NCBI GenBank assembly: GCA_050250895.1
Contig: JBFWNU010000001.1
Span: 1,352,008-1,416,007 of the forward strand
DNA: 64,000 nt
Source: Vulcanimicrobiota bacterium
GTDB lineage: Bacteria; Vulcanimicrobiota; Xenobia; Xenobiales; JADMJV01
Reading direction: 5' to 3'
Shown: positions 35,808-44,918 of the stretch, one piece after another
Layout of the letters: each line of letters opens with the position of its first letter
Numbering within the stretch: the stretch's first letter is position 1
Program-made: the position numbers and the translations under genes
Notes under the pieces: model-generated
The model's database searches: none
What the model was told of the DNA's origin: nothing
The model's input: the letters and a program-made list of their open reading frames with translations, nothing else

Positions 35808-36551
35808 ATGGTCCCTGCGACTGCAACGCTCACTGCCGATCTGAGACTACTTCTGCAACGCTTCATCGAGGGCTCGAGCGATCCCCTGGATTGGGAGGTT
35901 TTTCTCTCGCGCCGCTATGGCATGATCGAGCGCCTCCGGCAGTATGCCCTCGACGAATCCGAGAGTGTCGCTCTGGCCGGCCTGGCCGACCTGCTCACTC
36001 GCATCGAGGTGATTTACGAGGGAGGGCCGGGGCGCCAACGGGGCCAGATCCTGGCCGGCCTGGTGAACGACTATGAATCGCGGGTGACCAGGTTTATCGT
36101 CGCTCGGGCGGGGCATCGATTTGTCGAGCTGCCGGCTCAGGACGAATTGATGCGGGCGGCTCACGCAGCCCGGTTGGGGCGGGCTACCTCCGAGGCGGTC
36201 GCCGAGCGGTTGGCTCCGGCCTTGCGTGAGTTGATTGATCTGACCCGTGGCCTTTCCCGCTACGCGGTCGAGGCGGTGCGCGAGTTGCATGAGTCGCTCT
36301 CTGCTTACACTTACTGGCTGGCTCGGCTGGTCGGGGGCGAGCTGCAGTCGTTCGAGCCAATGCTCGAGGAGGGACGCCGACTCGATGATTTGTTAGCCAG
36401 AGTCAGCACGCCGGTCTGGGGTGGTCACCACAATACGAATGCCGATCCCGAGCAGTTGCTCGAGTTTCAGTATGTCTGCGTAGCCACCGAGGCGGCCGAC
36501 TCCGAGGCGCCCCTCGAGTCATTGTGGTTTCAGCTCGCCTGCGGACTTTAA
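35808..36551 (+). CDS. Hypothetical helical protein
   Basis: 247-aa ORF after an AT-rich intergenic region. Confidence 0.6.
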   Translation: MVPATATLTADLRLLLQRFIEGSSDPLDWEVFLSRRYGMIERLRQYALDESESVALAGLADLLTRIEVIYEGGPGRQRGQILAGLVNDYESRVTRFIVARAGHRFVELPAQDELMRAAHAARLGRATSEAVAERLAPALRELIDLTRGLSRYAVEAVRELHESLSAYTYWLARLVGGELQSFEPMLEEGRRLDDLLARVSTPVWGGHHNTNADPEQLLEFQYVCVATEAADSEAPLESLWFQLACGL

Positions 36552-37742
36552 CGAGTCTCGAGAGGTCATGATCAGTCCCATCGGAACCCGCGGATAGAGG
36601 TTCAGAGAACGCCTGGGCAGACGCTTGCCCGCCAGGGTGCTGGCCATGATCTGTTCGACCTGGGGTGGAGGCAGAAAGAAGGCTACACTCAATTGTTCCT
36701 GATCAAGCAGTTCGTGTGCTTCGTCGGGGTCGTCGAAGTAGTCCAGGGCTTCCCCAGGATTCAGAGCCTTGGCTTCGAGTCCCAGCAGTTTCTCGAGCAC
36801 CAGTTCATGGAGGACGACCACATCCAGTGGGCGCGGCGTACTGGCTGGTGCGCTGGCTAGATAAAAGCCCCGGCCGAGCCCGAGGCCGAGCAGGAAGCGC
36901 TCCGTTTCTCCGCTGAGATGGGTCAGTAGTTCCGGTAGTGTTCGGGTCCACCGCGTGATCTCGAAGTGGCCCTCCAAGCGCTTGAGCACATCCTCTGGCT
37001 TGAACCCGCGAAGCCCCCGATGAACGGGCAACAACATGAGCGACGGTTCGTGAGCGGGCACGACCAGCACGGGCAACGGGGTTTCGAGGCCTTCGCGGGC
37101 GGCTCGCTGGGCGGCCTCGAAAGGCACATCGCCGTCGACAATGACGAGGGGATTGCTGGTGATCAAGGCGCCCACCTCGTTGAGGGTGGTGGTGTCGTCC
37201 ACTCGCCAGAGTGAGTGTTCTATCCGGTTCGGGTCGACGAAGGTGACGAGCGGCGCGTTCATCGAGGCGAAACTACTTAATTGCGCCAGTCGGCCCTGGG
37301 GGTCGGCGGTCAGCATCGTTACCGTCTCGAGGTGGGCCGAGCACTCGCGCATCTGGCGTTCCAGGGGTTCGGTCGCCTCAGGGTTGGAGTGGGCGTGAGC
37401 GAAGATATCGCCCGGGTCCGAGTGGGCCAGACTCATGGCGCCAAACCAGCCGGTGCGGTGGTGCAGTTCTTCCCCGAGTTCGAACTCCTGGCGATAGACG
37501 TAGAGGGCGGGATTTTCGTCGCTGACGAGAACGCCCTGCTCTATCCACGCCTCCAGCAACCCGCGGCGGGTCTGAGTTTGGCCGGGAAAGAGCAGGTTGT
37601 AGATGTGGTGGGGATGACTCTCGCGTAGCTTCTGGGTGGCTTTGCGGTCAAGGTCGAAGCACGGAGGGGCCACCAGGTCGGGAAGTCTTGCGTATAGTCC
37701 GTGCGCGAAGCGAAGTGCGGCGAAGGGCTGAAAGTCCGGCAT
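36519..37742 (-). CDS. DUF1015 family protein (degenerate active-site motifs)
   Basis: PF.ALR, VAPP..D, PALYVYRQEF, H.LWRV, LPVHR, LDV.VLH, YP...GL. Confidence 0.8.
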   Translation of the reverse strand: MPDFQPFAALRFAHGLYARLPDLVAPPCFDLDRKATQKLRESHPHHIYNLLFPGQTQTRRGLLEAWIEQGVLVSDENPALYVYRQEFELGEELHHRTGWFGAMSLAHSDPGDIFAHAHSNPEATEPLERQMRECSAHLETVTMLTADPQGRLAQLSSFASMNAPLVTFVDPNRIEHSLWRVDDTTTLNEVGALITSNPLVIVDGDVPFEAAQRAAREGLETPLPVLVVPAHEPSLMLLPVHRGLRGFKPEDVLKRLEGHFEITRWTRTLPELLTHLSGETERFLLGLGLGRGFYLASAPASTPRPLDVVVLHELVLEKLLGLEAKALNPGEALDYFDDPDEAHELLDQEQLSVAFFLPPPQVEQIMASTLAGKRLPRRSLNLYPRVPMGLIMTSRDSLKSAGELKPQ

Positions 37743-37823
37743 CCGAGGCGACCTCCGGCCGCAACCTTCCCCGGGGCCCAGGTTATACCTCCAATCATGA
37801 CTTTGTACTTTAGTGCAGGAAGT

Positions 37824-37853
37824 TTGCCTTTGCAAGAGAACACCGACTAGATT
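37824..37853 (+). promoter_or_regulatory. Putative sigma70 promoter of the SLH-porin gene
   Basis: TTGCCT-N18-TAGATT. Confidence 0.5.
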
Positions 37854-37892
37854 ACTCTGTTGGAAGATATTTCAACCGAGGGGGTTGAGGTT

Positions 37893-40013
37893 GTGAATAA
37901 ATATCAATTGGCGCGAGTAACAGTGCTCGCATTGTTCTTATTTGGTGGGGCCTGGGCGGCTCCGCTGTTTCCTGACGTACCTGACAATCACTGGGCCAAG
38001 GACGCCGTGGCGGCCCTGGCTGCTAAAGGGCTGGTCGAGGGTTATCCTGACGGCACTTTCAAAGGTGACCGGGCCGCATCTCGATACGAAGTCGGGATGA
38101 TCGTCGCTCGCCTGCTGGCCAAGATGGAGCAGGCTCATGCGACCTTTGCTACCAAGGCCGAGCTGCAAGAGCTTCGCAAGTTGGCCGACGCCTACAAAGA
38201 AGAGCTCGAAGCCTTCGGCGTCAGGGTGACCAATCTCGAAGAGCAGACGAATCGCCTTGATTTGCGCGTGTCTGAACTCGAGCGCATTCGCTTCTACGGT
38301 CGCATGCAGTTTGTTGGCGTCTCCAACAATCTGCGCGGCGCGCCGCTCAACATCGGAACTATCGGCAACCCCGGGATCGACTGGTCGACCGGTCGTCTGC
38401 TGGTGGAGGGGACCGGTTTGTCCAGCGTGGGCGTGCTCGGTCTTAATGCCGATATCACCGATGATCTGGTGATGGGCGCCGAGTTCGTGGCCTTCGCCTC
38501 TCAGGGGGTCGGCGCCATCGACTCCTACTGGGGTCCGTCGGCTCCGTATTCGACCAATCCCTGGACGGCTCGCGGCAACGGTGCCGGTCTGCCGGGCTTT
38601 CAGCCCGACAACAACCAGCCCTACACCCGCATGGTGCTCGATAATTTCTGGGTTCATCATAAGCCCAGTGACACACGCGCCACCTTCGGCAGCTATTTCA
38701 CCCGCTACGTTTCGGGCTTTGTCATCAACGGGGCGCGCAACCCCAATATCCATCGGCCTCAGTGGCTCTCCTTCAACGGCGTCGACGTCAACGGTAGTAT
38801 TGCCGGCGTAGACAGCGGCTGGAAATACGAAGTCTTCTACACGTTGCTTCCCGAGTTGACCACCTATGGCAACCACGCTCACGGTGCCGCCGTGCGCTAC
38901 GAGTTTGACGACAACAAAGGCTTCGTCAATCTCACCTTCGCCCGGACTCAGAACGAGCGCATCAACGACGGCGTGCTTCAGGGCGCGGCCGCTCCTCTGA
39001 TTCCGCTGCCCGGCGTCCCTTTCACCGGCCCGGGCGCTCCGCCCGTTCCGGTCAATTCCTGGCTCGACACCCGCCCCGCCGTTCCGGTCGCCCGCACCCT
39101 GGTCGGCCCGCAGTCCGAGAAGACCTACGGTATCGAGTTCAACTATCAGGTGTGGGAAGACGCCGATGTTCGCATCCTGGGCGAGTTCGCATCCAGCGAC
39201 TACAACCCGGATACTTCCTCCCTGTTCTTCAACACCACGGTGAGTGGCGACCTGTTCCGCTTCGGGGTGTCGGCCGCTCCTATCGACGGACTCGAACTGG
39301 GGCTGGAGTATCTGAGCGTCGACCCGACCTACGACCCCTTCATCGCGGGTTATCCGACCCCGCCGGGGGTCCCGGTCTTCTTGCCCTACGGCACTTACTA
39401 CTCTAATTACTACCAGTTGCACGACTATCTGAACTACCCGAACAACCGCGAGGGTATCAAGCTCTTTGGTTCGTATCGGTTCAACGAGAAGAAGACCCGA
39501 GTCTACCTGACCTACCAGCACCTGAATCAGAAGACGCCGAGCACCCCGCGCCAGATCCAGTCGGTGGGCAACATCGAGCCGCTCTTCCCGATTCTGCAGG
39601 CGGGCGGCAGCCAGAAGGGTCAGATCGACAGCTTCGGCGTGGGCATTGGTCACCGCTTCGACTTTGGTCTGCAGGCCGACCTGGAATACTATCGTTACAG
39701 CGTCGACCGCAGCGCCCCGGCCATCGATGATGTGAGCTTGGCCGAGGACATCTATCGCCTCTCGCTCGAGTATCCCATCGACGACGAGTTCACCGTTCGC
39801 GGCGGACTCTACTACCTCGATTATAACGGCCACTCGGGCGTGCTGAACACCAATTTCAGCCAGACCATTCCCAATGTCGGTGTCGACTGGGATATGGCCG
39901 AGAACACGCGAGTGTCGGTCGACTATCGTTTCCACGACCTCGACAACCGGGCCGCTCCCAATGCCTCTTATAACGGCAGCCAGATGCTGGTCGAAGTCAA
40001 GATGGACTTCTAA
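37893..40013 (+). CDS. SLH-domain outer-membrane beta-barrel protein (OmpM-like)
   Basis: Signal peptide; FPDVPDNHWAKDAV..L...GLVEGYPDGTFKGDR..SRYE; coiled coil; amphipathic strands; terminal Phe (VKMDF). Confidence 0.9.
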   Translation: MNKYQLARVTVLALFLFGGAWAAPLFPDVPDNHWAKDAVAALAAKGLVEGYPDGTFKGDRAASRYEVGMIVARLLAKMEQAHATFATKAELQELRKLADAYKEELEAFGVRVTNLEEQTNRLDLRVSELERIRFYGRMQFVGVSNNLRGAPLNIGTIGNPGIDWSTGRLLVEGTGLSSVGVLGLNADITDDLVMGAEFVAFASQGVGAIDSYWGPSAPYSTNPWTARGNGAGLPGFQPDNNQPYTRMVLDNFWVHHKPSDTRATFGSYFTRYVSGFVINGARNPNIHRPQWLSFNGVDVNGSIAGVDSGWKYEVFYTLLPELTTYGNHAHGAAVRYEFDDNKGFVNLTFARTQNERINDGVLQGAAAPLIPLPGVPFTGPGAPPVPVNSWLDTRPAVPVARTLVGPQSEKTYGIEFNYQVWEDADVRILGEFASSDYNPDTSSLFFNTTVSGDLFRFGVSAAPIDGLELGLEYLSVDPTYDPFIAGYPTPPGVPVFLPYGTYYSNYYQLHDYLNYPNNREGIKLFGSYRFNEKKTRVYLTYQHLNQKTPSTPRQIQSVGNIEPLFPILQAGGSQKGQIDSFGVGIGHRFDFGLQADLEYYRYSVDRSAPAIDDVSLAEDIYRLSLEYPIDDEFTVRGGLYYLDYNGHSGVLNTNFSQTIPNVGVDWDMAENTRVSVDYRFHDLDNRAAPNASYNGSQMLVEVKMDF

Positions 40014-40025
40014 CCGGTTCCGAAG

Positions 40026-40055
40026 AAGCGCCCCCGAGTTCGGGGGCGCTTTTTT
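40026..40055 (+). terminator. Intrinsic terminator
   Basis: AAGCGCCCCCGA-GT-TCGGGGGCGCTT followed by a T-tract. Confidence 0.85.
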
Positions 40056-41001
40056 ATAGGCTGCGAGCAAGCCGGCGAACAAAGATGCCGGCTAATTCCG
40101 GGTCGAATTGCGTTCCCGAGCCCCGCACGATTTCGATGAGGGCCTGGGAAGAGTTCATGGCCTCTCGATAGGGTCGTTCGCCGATCATGGCGTCGAAGCT
40201 GTCGGCCAGGGTCAGGATGCGAGCCGCTACCGGGATCGCTTGCTGGCTCAAACCGTCGGGATAGCCCTGGCCGTCCCATCGTTCGTGATGGCCGCGCACG
40301 GCCGGCAGCAGGCTTTCCAGTGAGGGGATGGGTCGCAGCAGGCATTCGCCCACGACCGGATGCAGGCGAACGATCTCGAATTCGTCTTCGCTCAGAGGGC
40401 CCGTCTTGTTGAGAATGTTCGAGGGGATGTGGAGTTTGCCGATGTCGTGGAGCGTGCCGGCGTCGTCCATGTCGACTTGCGAGGCGCGCAAAGCTTCGGC
40501 CAGTTCGTCCCGTTCGCAAGAGGTGAGCGAGCCCAGTCCCACGGCAGCCATGCCGACTTCGCGAAAGATGATGCCGTCCTGAACGGCCTGACGTTCTTCG
40601 GCGTCGAGGTCGAGTTCTTCGGCCAGGCCTTTGGCTAGATCGGCCACTCGATTCGAGTGACTGTAGTTAAACGGGCTCGAGTGGGCAAACAGGTGCAGCA
40701 GGGCTTCAAGGGCTTTGCGCGGCTGCCGATCGCAATCTGGAAAGGCCTTGCGAAGCCAGTTCCAGGTCAGACTGCCGAGATTGCGGGCGGCTACACTTTG
40801 CAGTTCGGGGGTGTTGGCCGCGCCCGGGGCCGCCAGGGCTTGAGACCAGAAGATGGTCACGTCGCCTTCGCTACGAGCCTGGTTCGGCTGGCCCAGGGTC
40901 ACCATATCGCCGAAGGCGTTGCCGTTGGGAGACGCCTGGGGTAAGGCTCGGGGAGCTTGAGCCTGGGAGGGGATGAAGCCGGTAAATCGATCGATGGGCA
41001 T
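40054..41001 (-). CDS. HD-GYP domain phosphodiesterase with low-complexity N-terminus
   Basis: HSNRV, LHDIGK, HHERWDGQGYPDGL, ADSFDAM...RPYR; start uncertain (41001 or 41013). Confidence 0.88.
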   Translation of the reverse strand: MPIDRFTGFIPSQAQAPRALPQASPNGNAFGDMVTLGQPNQARSEGDVTIFWSQALAAPGAANTPELQSVAARNLGSLTWNWLRKAFPDCDRQPRKALEALLHLFAHSSPFNYSHSNRVADLAKGLAEELDLDAEERQAVQDGIIFREVGMAAVGLGSLTSCERDELAEALRASQVDMDDAGTLHDIGKLHIPSNILNKTGPLSEDEFEIVRLHPVVGECLLRPIPSLESLLPAVRGHHERWDGQGYPDGLSQQAIPVAARILTLADSFDAMIGERPYREAMNSSQALIEIVRGSGTQFDPELAGIFVRRLARSL

Positions 41002-41023
41002 TCCAGGCTTCACGGCATGAGTG

Positions 41024-41815
41024 TCACGCACTCGAAGCTGTTTGTCTAGCGTTTTTGCGCTCGAGAACGGTGACGAGCAGATAACCCCCCAACCATTGGC
41101 TGAGCCACAGGTCCAATTGGACCAGGCGCGAGACACCCATGAGCCGGGTGACCAACAGCCAGAGGCCGCGCAGCAGAGGGCGCAAGGGCGGCAGGAACTT
41201 GTAGGCGTCAAACAAGATCGAGAGGAAGGCCATGGTGTATTCACGGGCCATGCGAGCCTCCGGGGGAAGACAGTCCTGCAGACTCTTCTTGGGCACCTCG
41301 ACGCCGTATGGCCAGGCGCCCACCTTCTCGAGAATGAATTTGCCCACCCGATAGATGGGCGAGTTGGCGTAGGGAGTGAAGATGATGACCTGGCCCTGTT
41401 CCGAGAGCACCGAGACGAACTCTGACAAGGCTTTGCGTTGGTCATCGACCGTGAAGTGCTCGAGCACGCCGGCGTTCCACAGCAGGTCGTAAGAATTGCC
41501 GCCTGGCAGGCTAAGGATCGAGCCCTGGACGAAATGTCCGGGGGTCTCGCCAAACTCGAGCCGGGCTAACTCCAGGGCTTCTTCGGTGATATCGAGGCAG
41601 GTGACCGCAGCTCCGGCCAGAGCCAGCCGGTGCGAGATTCGACCCGTGCCACAGCCCGCTTCGAGAATAAAACGACCGCTGGCTCCGCCGGCCTCGCGAA
41701 GCAAGGTTTGCAGGATCAGCTCCGAGAGTGAATCCCACGGTTTGGCCTGGGGGCGTGCCCCCCAATAGCCGGCCCAGACTTCGCGAATCTTGTCTTCGCT
41801 TTGTTCGCGGCTCAA
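41024..41815 (-). CDS. Class I SAM-dependent methyltransferase
   Basis: ILEAGCGTG, LDIT, YDLLWNAGVLEH. Confidence 0.88.
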   Translation of the reverse strand: MSREQSEDKIREVWAGYWGARPQAKPWDSLSELILQTLLREAGGASGRFILEAGCGTGRISHRLALAGAAVTCLDITEEALELARLEFGETPGHFVQGSILSLPGGNSYDLLWNAGVLEHFTVDDQRKALSEFVSVLSEQGQVIIFTPYANSPIYRVGKFILEKVGAWPYGVEVPKKSLQDCLPPEARMAREYTMAFLSILFDAYKFLPPLRPLLRGLWLLVTRLMGVSRLVQLDLWLSQWLGGYLLVTVLERKNARQTASSA

Positions 41816-42573
41816 GGCCGGTCCAGCCAGCGCCGCACGATGAGGCTAAAAGTCTGGCGGATGGTCAGAGGAACGTTCATCTTGCTGCTGCTGAGTTTTT
41901 GGTCGTAGCGAAGCAACAGAGGCACTTCGGTCATTAAGGGCTGGCTTTCGCGGCGGCGCAACTTGAGCAAAATGTCGACCATGACCGTAAAGCCGCTTTC
42001 GGTGATGAACTGGCTCTTTTCGGCCGCAACCTCCTTAAGCAGGCCGGCTCGATAGGCACGATAGCCGCAGGTATAGTCCCGGACCCCTGGAATCGGAAAC
42101 AGAATCTGAAACAGCACCGAGGCTGCCGCGCTGAGAAAGCGGCGATAATAGCTCAGGCCGATGACCCGGGCCCCCGGACGAAAGCGCGAGGCGATGACGA
42201 CATCGAAGCCTTCATAGACCCGTCGCACCAGGTGCGGGATCAGTCCCGGAGTGTGGCTGTTGTCGCTGTCCATGGTCAAAATGACGTCACGGGGACTGGC
42301 CTTGTCGAGGCAATAGAAGAAGCCTGTCTTGACCGCTTCGGCCAGGCCGCGGTTCTGAGGGTGAGAGAGCAGCACGAACTCGACTCGCGGACTCGAGATG
42401 TCGGCAAAGGCCTGGCGGGCCGCCTCGGCCGTGTTGTCGCTCGAGCCATCGTCCACGACCGCAATGGTGAGGTGCAATCCGGGCAGAAATTCCTCGGCCG
42501 TCAGGGCGATGTCATGGAGCAGCGTCGCGATGCCGTCGCCCTCGTTGAAGGCTGGAAGAGCGATAAAGATCAC
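41812..42573 (-). CDS. GT2 polyprenol-phosphate glycosyltransferase (DPM1-like)
   Basis: PAFNE, VDDGSSD, MDSD.SH, IASRF, RDYTCGYRAY. Confidence 0.9.
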   Translation of the reverse strand: MIFIALPAFNEGDGIATLLHDIALTAEEFLPGLHLTIAVVDDGSSDNTAEAARQAFADISSPRVEFVLLSHPQNRGLAEAVKTGFFYCLDKASPRDVILTMDSDNSHTPGLIPHLVRRVYEGFDVVIASRFRPGARVIGLSYYRRFLSAAASVLFQILFPIPGVRDYTCGYRAYRAGLLKEVAAEKSQFITESGFTVMVDILLKLRRRESQPLMTEVPLLLRYDQKLSSSKMNVPLTIRQTFSLIVRRWLDRP

Positions 42574-42659
42574 CTGGTCTGCTTCGCTTCGGGCTGGAAA
42601 TTACCCCTGCCGCGACCGGAGGCGCAGGATTCGACTTTTCCAGCTCAGAAGGCGTCCGG

Positions 42660-44132
42660 GTGAAACGGCTCCCCGTGGGTGTGCTTGCAGCCGTGGTGTT
42701 GGGGTTGCTCGCACGGGCGATGGCCAGTGTGGTCTGCGATGTCAGCGTCGATGAGGGCTTCACCTATTTCCTCTCGACTCTGCCTATCGACAGGCTCATG
42801 ACCGCTCTTCGGGGCGAAGCACATCCGCCCGGAATGTACCTGGTTACCAAGCTCTTGTCCGGTTTCACCCACTCTCAGTTCTGGCTGCGTTTGCCTTCGT
42901 TTTTGGCGGGTTGTCTCGCTCCGGTCTTTATCTATCTGCTGGGCAAAGAGATGGGGATGGAAGAAGAGTCGGTTTGGGTCGGGGCGGTGGTGGCGCTCAA
43001 CTGGCTGACCGTCATCGAAGAGGCCAAGATTCGCATGTACGGCCTGCTCGATTTGGGCTGCCTGGTGGCCATGGCGCTGTTCTTGAGAAGCGAGGAGCGC
43101 TGGCAGAAGGCGATTTTGCTGGTGGCCATCCTGATCTTGCCCTGGCTGCATCTTTTCGGATTTGGCCTGCTGGGGCTGATGTGCTTGCTGGCCCTCAAAC
43201 CGGATTGGGCCACCCGCTGGCAGCGCCTGGCCCTGGGCGCCAGCCTGCTGGCGGGCGGAGCCTGGTTGATGGTGGTGCTGCGAACCCGTCACACGGTGGG
43301 AAGCACCGATGCTTCAGTGGACCTGATGTCGAGCGGTCCGTCGGCCGCGGTGCTGAAGTTTCCTGGTGCGCTGGTGGGGCTCGAGGCGCTGGCCTGGGAG
43401 GCCGGTTGGGCCACCAGTGGAGCCTGGTCGGTCTTTTCCTGGCTGTTTAGTCTGCTGTTCTGGGCCGGGTGTCTGGCCGGGGCCGTGTGTCTCGGTCGCG
43501 AGCACCTGAAGGCTTCCTTGCTCTGCACCGGCTTTGCTCTGGTGCCGCCTTTGACGCTCGCTCTGTTTAGCCTTTGGGCCGGAGGACGCTTTGCCCAACA
43601 GCGCTACTTCGTGGTCTTCTTGCCGGTCTTACTCCTGCTCTTGTTCAAGGCGGTGGGCATGCGGGTAGCCCGGCCTCTGAGCGGGGCTCTGCTGGTGCTG
43701 AACGCGCTTTTGCTACTGGCGCTCCCCGTCAGTCCCGCCCTGCATGCCCAACATTGGCGCACGATCACCAGGTATCTGGAAGAGAACGCCCGCCCGGGGG
43801 ACAAGATCGTGGTCTACCATCCCTATGCTATTACCGCCATCGGCTTCTACTATCCCCACCAACAGACTCGCTTTCTGGCCGAGGATAGTTCGGGCGGGAC
43901 CTTCGTGTTCCCACCCGACGCGGCTCCTCTGATCCCGATCTATCCGCCTCAACTAACCGATAGCTTTCGCCAACGGCTGGGCGACTCGGTGGTCTACCTG
44001 GTGCTCAACCAGGAACTCTCGCCCGAAGTGAGGCAGTGGTTTGGGGAACGCTATTGGCTGGCCGACTCTTATGAGCAGGTTTCGATTCATTCCATGGGCA
44101 ACGTCTCGCTCTATAAACTGCTCCCGCGCTAG
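42660..44132 (+). CDS. GT-C fold membrane glycosyltransferase (PMT/ArnT-like)
   Basis: DE in first loop, HPPG.Y, LRLPS, RMY, RY; many TM helices; divergent from the GT2 gene. Confidence 0.8.
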   Translation: MKRLPVGVLAAVVLGLLARAMASVVCDVSVDEGFTYFLSTLPIDRLMTALRGEAHPPGMYLVTKLLSGFTHSQFWLRLPSFLAGCLAPVFIYLLGKEMGMEEESVWVGAVVALNWLTVIEEAKIRMYGLLDLGCLVAMALFLRSEERWQKAILLVAILILPWLHLFGFGLLGLMCLLALKPDWATRWQRLALGASLLAGGAWLMVVLRTRHTVGSTDASVDLMSSGPSAAVLKFPGALVGLEALAWEAGWATSGAWSVFSWLFSLLFWAGCLAGAVCLGREHLKASLLCTGFALVPPLTLALFSLWAGGRFAQQRYFVVFLPVLLLLLFKAVGMRVARPLSGALLVLNALLLLALPVSPALHAQHWRTITRYLEENARPGDKIVVYHPYAITAIGFYYPHQQTRFLAEDSSGGTFVFPPDAAPLIPIYPPQLTDSFRQRLGDSVVYLVLNQELSPEVRQWFGERYWLADSYEQVSIHSMGNVSLYKLLPR

Positions 44133-44207
44133 TCGCATCGGGAGGCCCTTGCCTGAAAGTTCGAGAAGTAGGTTGCGATGGGACGACCTCGAGGAGTGTG
44201 AAACCTA

Positions 44208-44903
44208 CTGCTACCGGAACGAGCATTACAACGGTTCTCAGGTAAATTACCCCTGTTTCCCCTTCCCAACGTTGTTTTTTTCCCTGGAACCAAGCTGCCT
44301 TTACACGTCTTCGAGCCTCGCTATCGGCTCATGTTGATGGATGCCTATCGGGGCGAGAAGATGATCGGGATCGTTCTGCTCAAGGAGGGTTGGGACGAAG
44401 ACTACTTCGGCACCCCTCCGATCCATAAGATTGCCTGTATGGGCAAGCTTACCCGGGTCGAGCGCCTACCTAGCGGGCGCTTCAACATCCAACTGTTCGG
44501 GCTTTGTCGCGTTCGCATCGAGCGCGAGTTAGAGACCGACAAACCGTATCGCGAAGCCGAAGTCAAGGTGCTGCCCGACAGCCTCGACGAGATCGCTCAG
44601 GTTCGCTCGCAGTCGCTTCTAGAAGAGGCTTTCGGTTCGCTGAATCGGCTCTTGAGAGGGCACTCCAACTTTCCCGGAGAGTTCATCACCCGCCATCCCG
44701 ATCTGCCCATCGGCCTGTTGCTGGATGTGCTGGCCCACCACGTGCCGTCGGACCCGGCCATCAAGCAGACTTTCCTCGAAGAGAGCGATGTGTTCCGACG
44801 GGGTCGCCTGGTGATCGATACGCTCGAAGCCATCCAGGACGGTCTGCGAGCGGGTAATGGTTCTTTCGAGTTTTCCCTATTTCCCAGTCCCAGTCAAAAC
44901 TAG
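44208..44903 (+). CDS. LON peptidase substrate-binding domain protein (stand-alone); start probably non-canonical
   Basis: In-frame LPLFPLPNVVFFPGTKLPLHVFEPRY lies upstream of the first ATG (44331); GRFNI...G..R. Confidence 0.85.
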   Translation: MLPERALQRFSGKLPLFPLPNVVFFPGTKLPLHVFEPRYRLMLMDAYRGEKMIGIVLLKEGWDEDYFGTPPIHKIACMGKLTRVERLPSGRFNIQLFGLCRVRIERELETDKPYREAEVKVLPDSLDEIAQVRSQSLLEEAFGSLNRLLRGHSNFPGEFITRHPDLPIGLLLDVLAHHVPSDPAIKQTFLEESDVFRRGRLVIDTLEAIQDGLRAGNGSFEFSLFPSPSQN

Positions 44904-44918
44904 GTTGAGGAGGGTCCC

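Noticed and set aside
37938-40082. 714-aa antisense ORF opposite the SLH porin
   Set aside because: Shadow ORF from GC3-biased codon usage; no motifs, and the sense gene is well supported
41002-41553. Long N-terminal extension of the HD-GYP ORF in the ORF track
   Set aside because: Overlaps the methyltransferase in another frame with non-protein-like composition; true start is near 41001
44271-44290. T7 run suspected as a frameshift or slippage site in the LON-domain gene
   Set aside because: Counting bases shows GTT GTT TTT TTC CCT stays in frame with the downstream ORF
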